Positions 1-14,365 are shown, counted from the first letter of the whole stretch. The stretch is DNA of 63,989 nt, filler included, from Reticulomyxa filosa (GCA_000512085.1; 11 parts of 11 records of this genome joined end to end with filler, not necessarily neighbours in it), one strand, 5' to 3'. The notes: generated by a model not told the origin, from the sequence alone. A program made the numbers and translations.

Positions 1-27
1 AAAAAAAAAAAACAAGCCATTACAAAC

Positions 28-1228
<1,201 letters not shown>

Positions 1229-3171
1229 TTTATAGATTATTATTAACAAGTCCGAAAGGATTGATGAATTATGAAAGCTTACCTTTTTTGTTCAAAAATT
1301 TCGACTTTCGGACCAGACTACACTTTCTACACAATTGCATTTTTCATTTATTTTATAGTATGAATCTTATGCACTAATAAATTTGTATTTTTTCATCCTA
1401 ACATATTGATGCATAGACATAATAGAGAATGTGCTCAATCCGGCAACCAACAGAAGATAGTCAAATTAAATTTGCAGCTATTATCTATTAATTTTTAACA
1501 ATTTAGACTAGAAGTATTACACTTATTATTCAAAAGTGATATTACTAGCTCAAAATTTTTTCCAAAATTACGATTGTAAGAGTTTGTACAAAATAATATA
1601 TAATTGACTATTATCATTTTTACAGTACTTACAGCAGTTGTTCGTAAAGGGAACAAATAGTTCTCCATATTTATATCAACTAAAAAAATGTTACAATTCA
1701 TTATTTTCAACAAGAAAGTTAATCAGAGTGCCTAGCGAAAAACATTTTATACTGAAATACTGCTTAAAATCATGTTCTTATTGGGAGACGCTGAGGGATT
1801 AATTGAACAACTTTTTAATTTTTAAACAGTAAAAATAAAAATAAAGATCATAATGAATATTCAGTAAACTAAATATCTTAGGTTTAAGATGTACTATTTG
1901 AGAAATTCAGAAATATTTGGTGTTATGACTGCGGCTTATGTATATGTAATCATATTTTTGAAAATGAATATTTTGATGATAAATTGATTGGATATATCAT
2001 TGCCAATCAAAATCCAAATGTAAATGTGGATCAATTAAATTGGATGGATTAGAAGTGATTACTATTTTTTGAAAGAGGGAGATATCAAAAGAGATCATAC
2101 TGGCAAACGATTCTCGTATTCAACTGCATTCGCTTTACAAGGAACATATACTATTGAATTCCTTCCTTTTGTCAATGTCTACTGCTTTAGCTTTGAACTT
2201 GCTCCAATCACGCTATCATTGTATTAAAACTTGTCCATTGTTGATTCAAAAAAATTTCAACAAGTTTACTCTTTCACTTGTGCAACTCATTTCAATACAA
2301 AAGTTCAAAGGTCAAAAACTGTAGAAAGAAAACCGTTATCAATTTACATATACACATATAATGAATTATTTGTCAAAGTATAAATCCATAAACAAACCAA
2401 TATTTCACGAGATCCATGAAGTGGTGTTTGAATTAAAGACTTTTTACCAAAGAATGTTGAAAAGAAAAAAGGCTTTCATCTTCGAGAAAAGCATTACTAT
2501 TTATGAATAGAGTTTGGAGATTTATTGTAACGAACTGCTTCCTAGATTGGTCAATTTAACTGCTTTTTATTCTATGCTAAAATTATACCCAAATGTGACA
2601 ATGGGCTTTGATCAAAGTATTCTTGAATAATGATTCCATCTTTTTTAAATTCAATACTAATCGATTTGGTTTTAATCTTTGCTTTGCTACTCGTTGACTG
2701 CGTCTAATATCAAGTACAAATAATAGCATTCCTTTTTGTACTTGAATTTCACTTTGATTTTTACAAATTGAATCTATCCCTTTGTTTTTCTTCTTTATTT
2801 GATAATATAATTTATTCAAGTGTATCTTCAGTTATATTTCCTGTGTTTTTTGGTACGGTCCAGGGATCATTTCCGAACACTTCTTCTATTCTCATTTACT
2901 ATTCTAAATTTAAAGTCAAATGGATGCTCTCGTCCAATTCTTTCTTAGGTCCTGGTGACTTTTTTTTGAACTGAAAAAACATGTGGCAGTAAAACTTTTC
3001 AATGAAAAATGATAAAATCTTTCTGGTCAAATTGAAAAATTATATTTCCTTTTATCAAATCTTTCTACTCAAGTTGTGGTTACCACTCTAAAAAACAAAA
3101 CAAAACAAAAATTCTGGCAAATCACCCATAGAAAATCTATAACTTAACCTTGCTGGAACATAACATCATCG

Positions 3172-4786
3172 ATGCATAAAGAAGGTTCTGCGTTAGATTT
3201 TTTGGAGAACGAGAAGCAAAAGTATCCTCAGTTTGAAACGCCATACACGGAATTTTCGGGGCTGTATAAACGGCGTTTATGGCATCCTTTGACAGAATCA
3301 TTGCTAGCATTTGTGTTTGCACAAGGATCGTTTATAACATCATCAAGCAATCTGATTGACTTATACTTTAATTTTATCCAAGGGATAGAGAATGAGTTGA
3401 ATCCATATTCATTGGCAAGGATAGTGACAAGAATATCAAAGCAGTTTCAAGATTTGTTGCAAGGATTGAGTTTTATGCAAGACCGAGTGATGACTCTATT
3501 ACAAATATCGAATGAAGCGGGGGATAATAAATCACAAGCAAAGATAAAAGCAAAAACAAAAGACAATGCAAATTTGATAACAAAAATAGCAACAAAAAAC
3601 CAGCAAGAAACGCTGCAAAGCCATTTATCAATCCTAAAATCGAATGGAAGAATGGACACAAATATCCTGAGTGCATATGTATTGCATCAACTGGAAATTG
3701 CGCACATTTATTTAATTGGCGATTTGCCGCAAAAGTGTTTTGAAATTTTGGAATTTTTGTCCTCTCAGATTTTGTTCAAATTGGAGAATGTGAGTGCCGT
3801 GTACAGCGAGTACTATAAAATATGTGTGCAATATTACAAAGTGATGAAAAAAGCTGACGAGTATTTGCGTCACGCCATGTATTTTTTGCAATACACGGAT
3901 TGGACTGTCGCCAACACCATTCTCTCCACTGAAAAACTTATGCTCGCCAATGACATCGCTTTGGCTGCCTTGCTGAGCACCAAATGCTACAATTTCAGTG
4001 CCATTGTCACGCATCCATTAATGCGTGTGCTCACACATGATACTGACAATGAACGGCAGTACGGCTGGTTGTTTCACACTTTAAATTGTTTCCATCAAGG
4101 AGATTTGATTGAATAGGAAAAAAATTACCATTCGCCATTGGGGTTTTTGGTTTTTTTTTTTTTTTTTTGACTGGTTGAATATTTTTTTTTTTTTTAATGA
4201 ACCTCCACCCTTTTTTTTTTTTTGCCTTTCTGAGAGGATTCACATTTTTACAAAATTTTAATAGGAGAGATTTCGATCTCATCCATCTTTGAGCAAACAC
4301 TTACCGTTTTTAGAACAAAAGATTCGATTGATGACTTTGATCGAGTATATGTTTCAGACACATCCACATAAAAGAAATGTCCCTTTTGCTGACATTGCCA
4401 AATATTGTGACTTGGAGCTGGACGAAGTTTTTTTTTTTGGAGGGGTGTTCTGTTCCTCCTCTGTTGTGTTATCAGTTTGTGAATGTGCAAATATTTTTTA
4501 TTTTTATAAAAAGGTGGAACTCGTCGTCATGCGTGCGTTTTCATTGAAACTGTTGTCCGGAGAAATGGATGAGATCTCCAAGACTGTTAATGTTACCTAT
4601 GTTACTCCACGCTCTTTGGAATTAGTTCAAATCAAAAGAATGCGGATACGCATGGATGAATGGCTGATCAAAGTCAAAGATATTGAAAAAGATGTCAAAA
4701 ACTCAAACTCTGGTTTTGTTTTTGATATTCTTCAACGCTCTGAACAACAAGACGATATGCCTGCTCAAAGCCATGATTTTATCTGA
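3172..4786 (+). CDS. PSMD13: 26S proteasome lid subunit Rpn9/PSMD13 (3 exons; frame anomaly at 4111-4143)
   Basis: Motifs LYKRRLWHPLT, IALAALLS..YNFSAIVTHP, WLFHTLNCFHQGD and HPSL..LEQKIRLMTLIE, plus PCI domain VPFADIAKYCDLELDE|VELVVMRAFSLKLLSGEMDE..VNVTYVTPRSL. Confidence 0.93.
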
Positions 4787-5297
4787 GCCTACTAACATTA
4801 CTTTTTTTTTTTTTTGGTGAAATGGTATCCAAAGTTTTTTGACTACTTTTCGTTAATTTAAAATGATAACAGAACTTACAGCTTAGTCTACACATACAAT
4901 CCTTTTTTTTCCCCTAAAAAAAAAATGTCCCGAACCGATAGTACCAAAATACACAAATTGAAAAAGCAATCACTGACACACAAAATATTTTTCGAAATAT
5001 AACGAATTTTTGATGCAACAATAAATTTGAGCTGTTCAATATTTGTTATCTGGTTAAAAGTATCATGACGCCTTAAATTCAAGACAGAAATTAATTTTCA
5101 CAGACAAAAAGAAATCCGAGCTTTGAATTCACTCTCAAAAAATACCCGTTTGTAAGGAGAGCGTTCGGGCTTTGTCAAGATTGTAATCCCCTCGTAAAAT
5201 AAAAAAAAACAACAACACAATTGAAGAAAGACACGAAAATAAACAAACGAACAAATAAACAACAAGCATAACAAAAAAAAAATAAAAATAAAAAAAA

Positions 5298-6604
5298 TCA
5301 ATCTTGAGTAATGACCATTGCGATTTCCTCATTTTCTCTTATTTTTCGGAGCCTGGCTTTGGACAGATCATGAACACATTGTTTGCAATATTGATGACAG
5401 CCATGACATAGACAAGAGTAAAAAGATTTGGACCCAGGAGAAAATAAGAAAATGAAAAGTATTTCCAAAACGCATATCCAAAGTCCACCACAAAGATCGA
5501 GGATATCAACATTCAAGCTAAGCAATTGTTTCGCGAATAATACAATGCCACCAATGGCATTGGCGAATATATAAGCCCCATATAAAATGATGCATTTGGT
5601 CATAACATCGATCAACATCCAATCTTGAGATGGCAAAGGAATTGTGCATTGTTTATTGATTTCAATCTTTCGAATGATGTCACTCTCGACATCTCCAATA
5701 GGAGGATCCGAAGAGGACTTATCTGCCAACGCCACGTGATTTGGAATCGAGTAATCAGATTTGTAAGAATTTATCTCTTCCGTTTCAGCTTTTTTTTTCA
5801 TAATATTGGCAACACTGTTCATATCATCGGCCACAGTGCTGTTTTGTTCCGAATATACTGTTCGGCCATGATACCTCTTTTTGTCTCTCCACATCGATAA
5901 ATAATGACTCTTGACTACGTCAAACAATTTTTTCACAAAACATCCAATTAAAAATAACGAAAGTATTATGTGATAGGCCAAACTTGCCCCAATCATTACA
6001 CCATAACTCGTGTAGTCCAGTTGCCCAGACAAAAACATCAATCCAATACATACCACCAATAGCACGTTCACTATTGTCAATCCTCCGATTGTCCTATAAA
6101 ATCTCTTTGTAAAACCAAATACTGTATTGTCAAATACTGCATGCAGTCGATGTGCAAATAGCCCATACCTTTTACATAAATGTACAATATGTGCCCTTTT
6201 TTTAATATATGCTTTCTACTTAATAATCCTCTCCTCCCCCCCCCCCCCCCTCTTCTCTAATATTAGGCTTACATAGACATCATCGAAAATGATACACAGC
6301 CCCAAGAAACACTCAGTGCTATTCTGATGACGGTGTGCGATACCATTGCTTCTTGCACTCCTCTTTCCTTTGAATTCAAATATGACGGCAGAGATACACA
6401 AATGCCACAAATCGTAAAGTACAAAAATTGTATTAATATACACGATATTAGTTGAGAAGACGCATTCTTTCGAGCGCTTTTCGCTTTTTCTCCTTGTGGA
6501 GACAATAGATAGTAGTACCAAGACAATACACACAAGATAGTCCCAACCAACAAACCCAAATACCCTATACACAAATAGGGGATATCTGAAGAACTGATAC
6601 TCAT
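5298..6604 (-). CDS. Divergent 7-transmembrane (GPCR-like) protein, 2 exons
   Basis: About seven hydrophobic segments, LFAHRLHAVFDNTVF after TM3, a long hydrophilic loop between TM5 and TM6, and a Cys-rich tail (FYSCLCHGCHQYC). GT-AG intron at about 6168-6272. Confidence 0.65.
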
Positions 6605-7083
6605 CAAACCCCCCCCACAACCTGCTTCCCTTTTCTCTTCGCCAGGAAACGTTCCGTAAAACTACTAAAAAAATCTAAACAATTCGCAAAGTTTTCTTTA
6701 ACTTAAAGATAATACATATAAATTTTATTTGTTTTAAGATATTATTTCTTTTCATGTTAATAAGGTAATTCAGAAAGACAATGGGATAAGCATTGGCGCT
6801 ATTGAAGAAAAAAGGGAGATGTGAGAAATACTCATTGTAAATTTAAATTTTCAAAATAGAATCGAAACATATTTTTCAATGAACAAAAAAGCAATAGAAA
6901 ATTCCATAATAATTTGTACAGGTGGACAAAAGTTTAACAATTGCGTGTAATGAAGAACAAGAGAGAGGGGAAAACAACAGCAGACACTCTACCAACAGTC
7001 AAGTCAATTATTTTTCAAGAAACCTTGACAGTGTTCATTATTATTGAAAATTGACAAAGAAAAGGGGGGGGAAAAAAAAATTG

Positions 7084-8492
7084 TTACACTTCCAAGTCAT
7101 CACTTCCGGATTTGCTTGTAGGCGTAGAAGCAAGCCTATTCAAGCTGGGCCACTTTTTTTGGCATTGCAAAAGACAACAGCCAAAGAGGATCGTATATAT
7201 TCTGTTTCCAAAAGTGAAGACACAGCAAATTAAGACACCATTGAGTAATGCATCAATTTGCACAACGAAATTGGCACCACTCGACACCGCGGTGATAAAC
7301 AACGACACCATAGTGCTGACAATACTTGTGATGGCAATGAGATTGGCTTTTCGAATGTGCGCCAAGTTTTTAGCCGCGCGACGAGAGGAAGACGAAGGAA
7401 CAGTAGACGTGCGAGGCAGAGGAGAGGGAGGAGTTGACGAAGTCAAAAGGCCACTCTTGCGAGGAGGAGGAGGTTGCACAATGCCATCCTCATTCCTCGT
7501 GTCTGTCCCGTCGGCACTGTGGTTAACCACTTCACTTTGGCTTTGCAATTCCACTTCCACCGGCGTTGGTTTTTGCGCGTGTACGCGTTGTTGGGCGTTT
7601 CGCTTTCTTCCATTTTCTTCATAATTTTTATCATGCGGGATACGTACATGTACGCAATCAGAAAATTAAACACAAATGTGATCACCGCACCTGATGCTGT
7701 CAGCAACATGTACGGTACGCGCTCGATGAAGCAAATATCGTAGTGTTTATTGCCCGTTATGTCCCAGTCTTCCACGCCGGCCACATATGTGCAATTGCTT
7801 GTCGCGCTCATCCATATTCCGCAGCTACACGTTAACAAGGTCAGCACTACTAACAGCACATAAAACCAACGAATCAAACGTGGATCGAGTCTTGCCACTG
7901 ATTCTCGAAACACCAATACTGTTTTCAGAAGTTTTATCACCAACATTAAGAAAAAAAATAAATTAGAATTATTCTCTCTCCTTTTTATACTCTCTCTCCC
8001 TTTTTATAGTGTCCCCTTATCAATTTAATGCCATGTAAAACAAAACATTTAGACGTATACTCCTCTTTTTTTTTAACCCCTTTGCTCTTTTCTTTGATTT
8101 GTCCTGTGTGTAAGTCTTTTTTTACCTAGCCTTTGGAACCAAAACACAATGCTTGCAACATAAAACAATATCGCGGTAACATATGTAAAGAACATCGCTA
8201 CGTGACAATAACCGGAGTAGGTTGCTAATGAGGTAACTTTGGTAACGGTCGTAGTGAAAAAACTTTGAACCAAGTAAATGTAAAGTAGAATATGGTACAT
8301 AATCGCGGACCATACAAACACTCGATCCACTTTTTGCGACAGCCGGAACAGATGATACAATGCGAAAAAGACCAACACAGTCCCCAGTACTAACACAACT
8401 GCGTTTACAATTAATGGAATTCCAACGAAGACATTCGGGGGATTGGAGGATCTATTTGCATGCATAAGATGATCTGAACATTCGTTGGTCAT
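7084..8492 (-). CDS. Divergent 7-transmembrane (GPCR-like) protein, 2 exons, one frameshift in the third cytoplasmic loop
   Basis: ORFs 8073-8492, 7443-7946 and 7084-7560 join. Features are WFQRL|VLVFRES after TM3, Cys residues in the extracellular loops, TM6 ANLIAITSIVSTMVSLF, TM7 VVQIDALLNGVLICCVF and helix 8 IYTILFGCCL. Confidence 0.7.
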
Positions 8493-9030
8493 GGCTAATG
8501 TGTCCTGGTTTGCTAGTTTCTAAGGCACTCCTGACGGTTTTGGCACAACTCCCAGTTTTTCCTCAAAACAGTAGTCGTCGACAAAAAAATATCTCTGCAT
8601 TTCGATGGCCAAAAACTGAAACATACGCTATGGAATATATAGCTATTTAATTTTATTTAGTAGTCTGTGAAATGGAAGTTTCGGTATCTAAACTCATACC
8701 CTGCAAAGAAGCAACTGATAAAATACTTTTGGGAAATGAGTTAAGATATTTGCAATTTTCTATAAAATTGTTTACAGTTATACAATAAGACGTTTCTGAA
8801 ACTATTTGTAAAAAGAATTTGTTTGCAAAGTAGCATAATTAATTGCTTTTGTACTATTTGTCGATGTAAATGCAAATATCTTTTATTTGTGACATTGCAT
8901 TGAATAAGATGTCATTTTTAAAAAAGAAAAATTCATATCACACTTCACCTGGGACTAGAAAAGAAAAGTCGCAAACAGTTTAAAGTTTGTTGCGAATTTA
9001 AGTTTCTTAATAAGAAAAAGTCTTGGTGGT

Positions 9031-9714
9031 ATGCAGACTTTAAGCATTGCCAATAGATTAGGAAGATGGCAAGTTAGCTCTCAAAAACTTTGGTCAATTC
9101 AAGTTCATCAGCGACGATGCGTGAGCAGACAAGTGTGGGACAACTTTGGGTTTTTAAAGGACGGCACCGATTACGTATGTTTATGGGATGCATTTCAGAT
9201 CTTTTTGCATTTTTTCCAAGACGAGCAAACTAAAAAAAAGATTGAAATTTTCTGTTTGACACAACAGTGACAATTAAAGGGTAACATTACGCTGTTGTGT
9301 TGGAATAGAGAAAACGTGTTAGTGTCAGCACCTGGATGAAAGAAAACCCAACGTCATTCCGCTTGATGTTCGGAAGTATGTTATTTGGTCCAATGATATT
9401 TTTGTTATGGTTAGAAGGAGTATTTGAGTTGAGTAACTGAAATGGACAATATATCACCTCTTTTGCTTACATTTTTAAATTAGATCAAACATTTTTTTGT
9501 TAATATCTGATGTGTTTTGGTTTCAAGTTATTTGTGGCGATCCCGAAGAATTCCCCGTTTGGAACCCGATTGGACATCGCCTACCCCTTTTGCACCTCCT
9601 CAAGGTTATCAAAACCCATTATTCGAGCCAGGGCGCAGATGGGAAGCAAAGAGAGAACGCAAGAGAGAACAAAGAGCAAAGTTGTTAGCCGAAAAAGAAT
9701 TGAAGCCACATTAA
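9031..9714 (+). CDS. Small (~143 aa) single-pass membrane protein with a mitochondrial-type presequence; exons 9031-9174, 9309-9409, 9528-9714
   Basis: GT-AG splicing gives an open frame: MQTLSIANRLGRWQVSSQKLWSIQVHQRRC...DGTDY|RKRVSVSTWMKENPTSFRLMFGSMLFGPMIFLL|CYLWRSRRIPRLEPDW...ELKPH*. The N-terminus is Arg-rich and acid-free, with one TM helix. Confidence 0.6.
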
Positions 9715-12356
9715 GCCTGTTTTGTACATGTACAAAAAAAATGTGAGCGTCCATTTTTTTTTTAGCAATTCAAAACAGCTCAGCCTTGTAAGCGAATTTG
9801 GTGACTGGTTACTTGTTTTCCAGCTTGTTTTTTTTTTTTTGAGTAATAAAGCAATTGCATTAAAAGAAATCAACGTATTCTAATTTCAATGTATGGAGAT
9901 ACCCTTTTTTTACAAAAAAAAATGAACACTGCAATATTTTCGTTCCTTTTTTTTACAAGTACATGTCTCGCTTCATTTAAAAAATGAACATTAATAATTT
10001 GCTGAAACAATAAATTAAACAACAAAATGCTTTTTGTTTGTCATTTCCCAATCCGAACAATATTGCCCCAAGAGGAACAGAATTATATTGCAATTTGGAG
10101 AACGTGCACATTTGAATATTATGCCACATATTCATCCATGTAAGGCAATCACAACTGGTTGACAGTTTCAAGGGAACCTTGAAATTCCCTTTCTCCACAA
10201 AACTTATTCACTTTTCCTTTATTTAGTAAAATTTGCCCAAAGTCTAAACCGTATTACACTTAGTATGGTCTATGAGTAGTCCTCACTGTCATGCCTTAGT
10301 TCGTTCAATATTTCACTAGATTTTACGTCCATACCTTGCCCATAGAAGATGGGCATTGATGAAAGTTGTGGCTTGTCTACCATCTGAAGGCCGACCAGTT
10401 CAAAACTTTTCCAAAACTATTTTATTGATATTTAATGAATCTGGCAGATTTGAAGTACTTAAAATTAATTTTTTTAGTAAGGTATTTGCGACAATTCTTT
10501 ATAAAGAAAAAGCGCAACTTTTTTATATTCAGAAAAAGGAACAACTCATGTTCGAAAAGACAAAATAGCAAAATTTGGTTTTTTTAGAATTACTGTAATA
10601 TTTTGTTATCAATTGAAAAAAATTTCAAGCAAAAAATCATTCTTAAATGGATTATCATTTTTTTATACGTAAACTATATTTAAATAAAATGATTTACCAT
10701 TTTCACGAGTACACAGCGGATTTTCGCAAAACTTTTGTTTTTGAATCTCAACACAGTTAATTGTGAAACAACGAGAAACGACACCAGAATGACAAAGATG
10801 TTGGTTACTTGGAACGATTATTCTCTTTCTGGCTACTTTTTCTCTTGCGTGAAAAAAAGAACCAAAACAACTTTTTTTGTAGACTTTTGGTGCGACTATC
10901 AATCATATATTGTTTGCAGTAGTATTTTTAATTAGAATATATTTAGAATAAAACGAAATTACCAAATTTCTTTTTAAATTTTTGATTTTTTATTGTAAAA
11001 TTCTAAAATTAGAACAATCCATAAGATCGAATTTAAATTGAAAATTATAATGACAATGTAGGATTTTTGCCACGACTGTATCACCTTTTTTTCTAAGTTA
11101 CATGTTTGGCGAAAAGCGCTGAAATTAAATTTTTTTTGCATATGTGATTGCCATTTTATGTGTCAACTTCTTTTTACTCACACTGTAATTGGGCTACTAA
11201 TCTATAGTGTTATTGAGTATTACGCTTGTTAATTCTCATTAATTTGTTTAAATATATGCTAGTGTATGTGTTCCATCTTGATAGCCCAACAAACAACAGT
11301 AATTTACAGATAACTGATTTTCTCCGTGAAGAAACAACATTAATCCAATCTTTTTTTGTATCTGCAATAATGTAGTTTAATATGATTTTAATATTTATTC
11401 TATTTTACTAATTTTTTCAAAGATTCAATTCTTTTATGATTTTTTAGCGTATAGTTTAAATTCAGTTTTATTGGAGTTTTTTTGAGTGCTTTGCTCCTCT
11501 TGTTTGCATTTTTTTTCTATGTTTTTTGCTTTAATTAACACTACTTTTTGTATTCTCTAAGATCACTAACTTTACCAAAGTGATTATCATTTTAGAGACT
11601 GTAAGAGTAGTGAGTTATGACTAGTGTAATACGAAAGTAACTTTGTTCCAACAAATAAAATTTCAGCAAAAGAAATTAACTAAATGAAAATAATTCACGA
11701 AAGACAAAGAATACTCGAAGACAAGAAAAGAGAAAGTGTTGCTGAGAGTTTAATTATTGGGGGTTCCAAGGTTCTTTGAGAGCTACAACGGGAACTTACG
11801 TCACAAGCTAAATATTTTTAAATTTAAAGATTACTTTATATTGTTTCTTATCAACAGTGTTTGAGCAAATGTAGTTTATGTAAAAGAAAAGTAGTATGTT
11901 TTCTCTTTCGCTAAGGTTTTATTTTTAATTTTATTCAATTCAAGCTTGATGAACAATTTGGAAACATTTGCGTGACACCCTTGACGTTTGTTTTTTTACT
12001 ATTTGGCTTACTTATTGCCAATAATTAAATTGAATATTTATTATTGTCAATGATTGTCAATCAATTTTTTTTACATTTTCGCATTAACAAACACGACGTA
12101 ATATAAATGAAAAAAACCCAGTTTCCATACATACGGACTTGCTAAACTCAAAAGGTACCGAAAATGTTGGAACAAATGAAGAGAAAAGGGAATATAGTAT
12201 TTTTAAAAACACTCCAATCAAGAAATGATTATAGTTTTGCGGGTTGGTTTGTCCGTTCACTCACATTGCATCAAAGACCACGCAAGAAATGAGTGTTCTA
12301 ACGCAGCACCATGTAACATATGTATAGAAATGGTCAGGACTAAAAACTAGATAGTC

Positions 12357-13715
12357 TTACAATTCAATTGCTTTGCCACATTTCAGTTGAACATATTGAA
12401 TGGAGTCAATCCACTCTTGCGCTTGTTCGTCGCTTTTACAAACAAACTTCCACAACCGATCGGCAGTTGCTAGTTCAAGACTGGTCCATGCACAAAAACA
12501 AAAGAGCAAAGTTATTGAATTTTTTTTTCTCCCCTGAGTGTGTTGAAAAATGGACAAATGACGAGAGAAGTTACATGCATACCCATGAGGCTTTTTAGAA
12601 GAAAAATGGACAATTTTTGTGCCAATCACGTCTACGACGTTCATTTCGCCAAGAGGTTGGCTGAGATGCTTTTCATTTTTGTAGTATTTGAACGATCCAT
12701 CCTTCATTAACACAAAGAACCTTTTTTTCCAAGTGCGAAATGTCTTCCCTTCTTTTTCCAAAAATCCTTGTTTGACAATAGTGCTTTGTTGCACTGGCTC
12801 GCTCTCGGAGTCTGTTTCTATCGCCACCTCAGACTGGTCATCGCTACTGTCCTCAATACTATTCCGGGACGTGGATCGCAGCTGCGTGTTGCTTGCCAGG
12901 TGTGGAAGACTTATCTTGGATATGGAGCCATTTTGCAACTCGGCAATAATGTCACCACGCCTCTGTTCCGTGAGGGGGATGGAGCCATCTGCGACAGGTA
13001 CAGCGGACGGAGGGAGTAGTGAGGATAAAGAAACTGGAGGCACATTCGTCGCGACAGAAGCAACATCAGGAACGGAGCCAGTCATCGGCAGAGATGGAGC
13101 CAGTGAATCTGCGGCCTCTTTGGCAGCAATGGCATTCGCTTGGAATTCCATTTTGGCTTTCAACTTTCCATATCTTTGTTTTAGCAAACGATATTTTTTT
13201 TCCAACTTTGCTTTTTCTTCACATAAAGCATTTTGGGTAAGCTGCAGTTCACTTTTGGCCTGTTCAAGTGCGGCAATGTTCCGTCCATATTTGGCTTTTT
13301 CGCGCTTGTACTCGGTCTCCAATGCCATTATACGTGCGTAATTTTCCATTGTGGTCTCGCGTTTTTTCGTTGCAAAATTCGAAAGAATATCGTGATGCTT
13401 TTGTTCCAACCATTCAATTTGCATGGCCAAATGCACAGCTGCACACTTGTGCTCGTGCACTTTCATCTCTTTGGCCGTTATCTTTGTCTGCGTGCAACCG
13501 TACTTGCCATAGGGACAGGTCACGAAACGGTACGTGCAGCCCTCGCTGCTGTGGCGCAGAGCCTCGTTCTTTTCCATTTTGCGTTGGCATCGAGGGTGGT
13601 CACAATGCAATCGCTTCTCCTCTTTCTGCTCCTGCACGCTTGCTTTTTTGCCCTTGCCAAATGTACTGCCCATCACTCGCTCTATACGTATCCGTGTGTC
13701 GATCTCTGCAAACAA
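12357..13715 (-). CDS. TRAF-type zinc finger + coiled coil + C-terminal PH domain protein (5' end at the contig edge)
   Basis: TRAF Zn finger CDHPRCQRK..H..CTYRFVTCPYGKYGC..H..CAAVH and PH domain KQGFLEKEGKTFRTWKKRFFVL..FVCKSDEQAQEWIDSI. In-frame intron at about 12481-12582. Confidence 0.85.
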   Translation of the reverse strand: MFAEIDTRIRIERVMGSTFGKGKKASVQEQKEEKRLHCDHPRCQRKMEKNEALRHSSEGCTYRFVTCPYGKYGCTQTKITAKEMKVHEHKCAAVHLAMQIEWLEQKHHDILSNFATKKRETTMENYARIMALETEYKREKAKYGRNIAALEQAKSELQLTQNALCEEKAKLEKKYRLLKQRYGKLKAKMEFQANAIAAKEAADSLAPSLPMTGSVPDVASVATNVPPVSLSSLLPPSAVPVADGSIPLTEQRRGDIIAELQNGSISKISLPHLASNTQLRSTSRNSIEDSSDDQSEVAIETDSESEPVQQSTIVKQGFLEKEGKTFRTWKKRFFVLMKDGSFKYYKNEKHLSQPLGEMNVVDVIGTKIVHFSSKKPHGYACNFSRHLSIFQHTQGRKKNSITLLFCFCAWTSLELATADRLWKFVCKSDEQAQEWIDSIQYVQLKCGKAIEL

Positions 13716-13747
13716 GGATAAATTGCTCTCTCTCTCTCTCTCTCTCT

Positions 13748-13847
13748 NNNNNNNNNNNNNNNNNNNNNNNNNNNNNNNNNNNNNNNNNNNNTTAATTAAT
13801 TAANNNNNNNNNNNNNNNNNNNNNNNNNNNNNNNNNNNNNNNNNNNN
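13748..13847. other. Artificial contig linker N44-TTAATTAATTAA-N44 (also at 23062-23161, 35236-35335, 37287-37386, 42747-42846, 45137-45236, 48548-48647, 57458-57557, 59037-59136, 61769-61868)
   Basis: Ten identical 100-nt spacers carrying a six-frame stop cassette; genes are cut at them. Confidence 0.99.
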
Positions 13848-13887
13848 ATATATATATATATATATAATATTGTTAAAATCAAATAAG

Positions 13888-14365
13888 TCACATCACTTTG
13901 GAAAAATACTCGCAATGATCTGCAATTGGCTTTGGCTGAGTCAATGGACTCAACCATCGCTCATAGATTTGCATTGCGCTCTCCAAAATTGGACATATGT
14001 TGTCGTCAATCCTCAACCGAAATGCATGGCCTGTTATTTGCATCACCCATTCCACGTGATCTTTTGACAATAGTGTTGCACTTTCATTTAGCTTTTGACT
14101 CAAATATGATATCATCACACTTGCCAGAGGCTCCGTTGTTGTTTTCGGCACAGTTCTTAGCACATAAAGGTCTAACGTTTTTTTTATTTTCATTTGGCTT
14201 TTACTTCTGGTGGATTGTATAATATCCTTTTTCTTTCTCCGAATTGAAAAACAAAATCAAACAATATAAAACAGTTAACAAGAGAGTGCTTATAAAAGAA
14301 ACATGTTGGATTGTTCTACCATCTCCTGAAAGCAAGTTCTCATCGACAATTGATTGAAGATACAT
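13888..14365 (-). CDS. RALGAPB: Ral GTPase-activating protein beta subunit-like, N-terminal part (truncated by the contig end)
   Basis: LLSKDHVEWVMQITGHAFRL..PILESAMQIYERWL..QPKPIADHCEYF resembles the RalGAPB N-terminus (EVKWTMEVICYGLTLP..VDVYTDW). First exon MYLQSIVDENLL.. splices GT-AG in frame. Confidence 0.65.

Noticed and set aside
1300-3000. Coding-like patches between GSR and Rpn9
   Set aside because: Multiple stops in all frames and no recognisable family; possibly old element debris but unsupported.
10335-10390. TGCCCAT/ATGGGCA hairpin followed by TGATGA..CTGA (box C/D-like)
   Set aside because: The C-to-D distance is only about 30 nt, too short for a snoRNA, and such short motifs are expected by chance.
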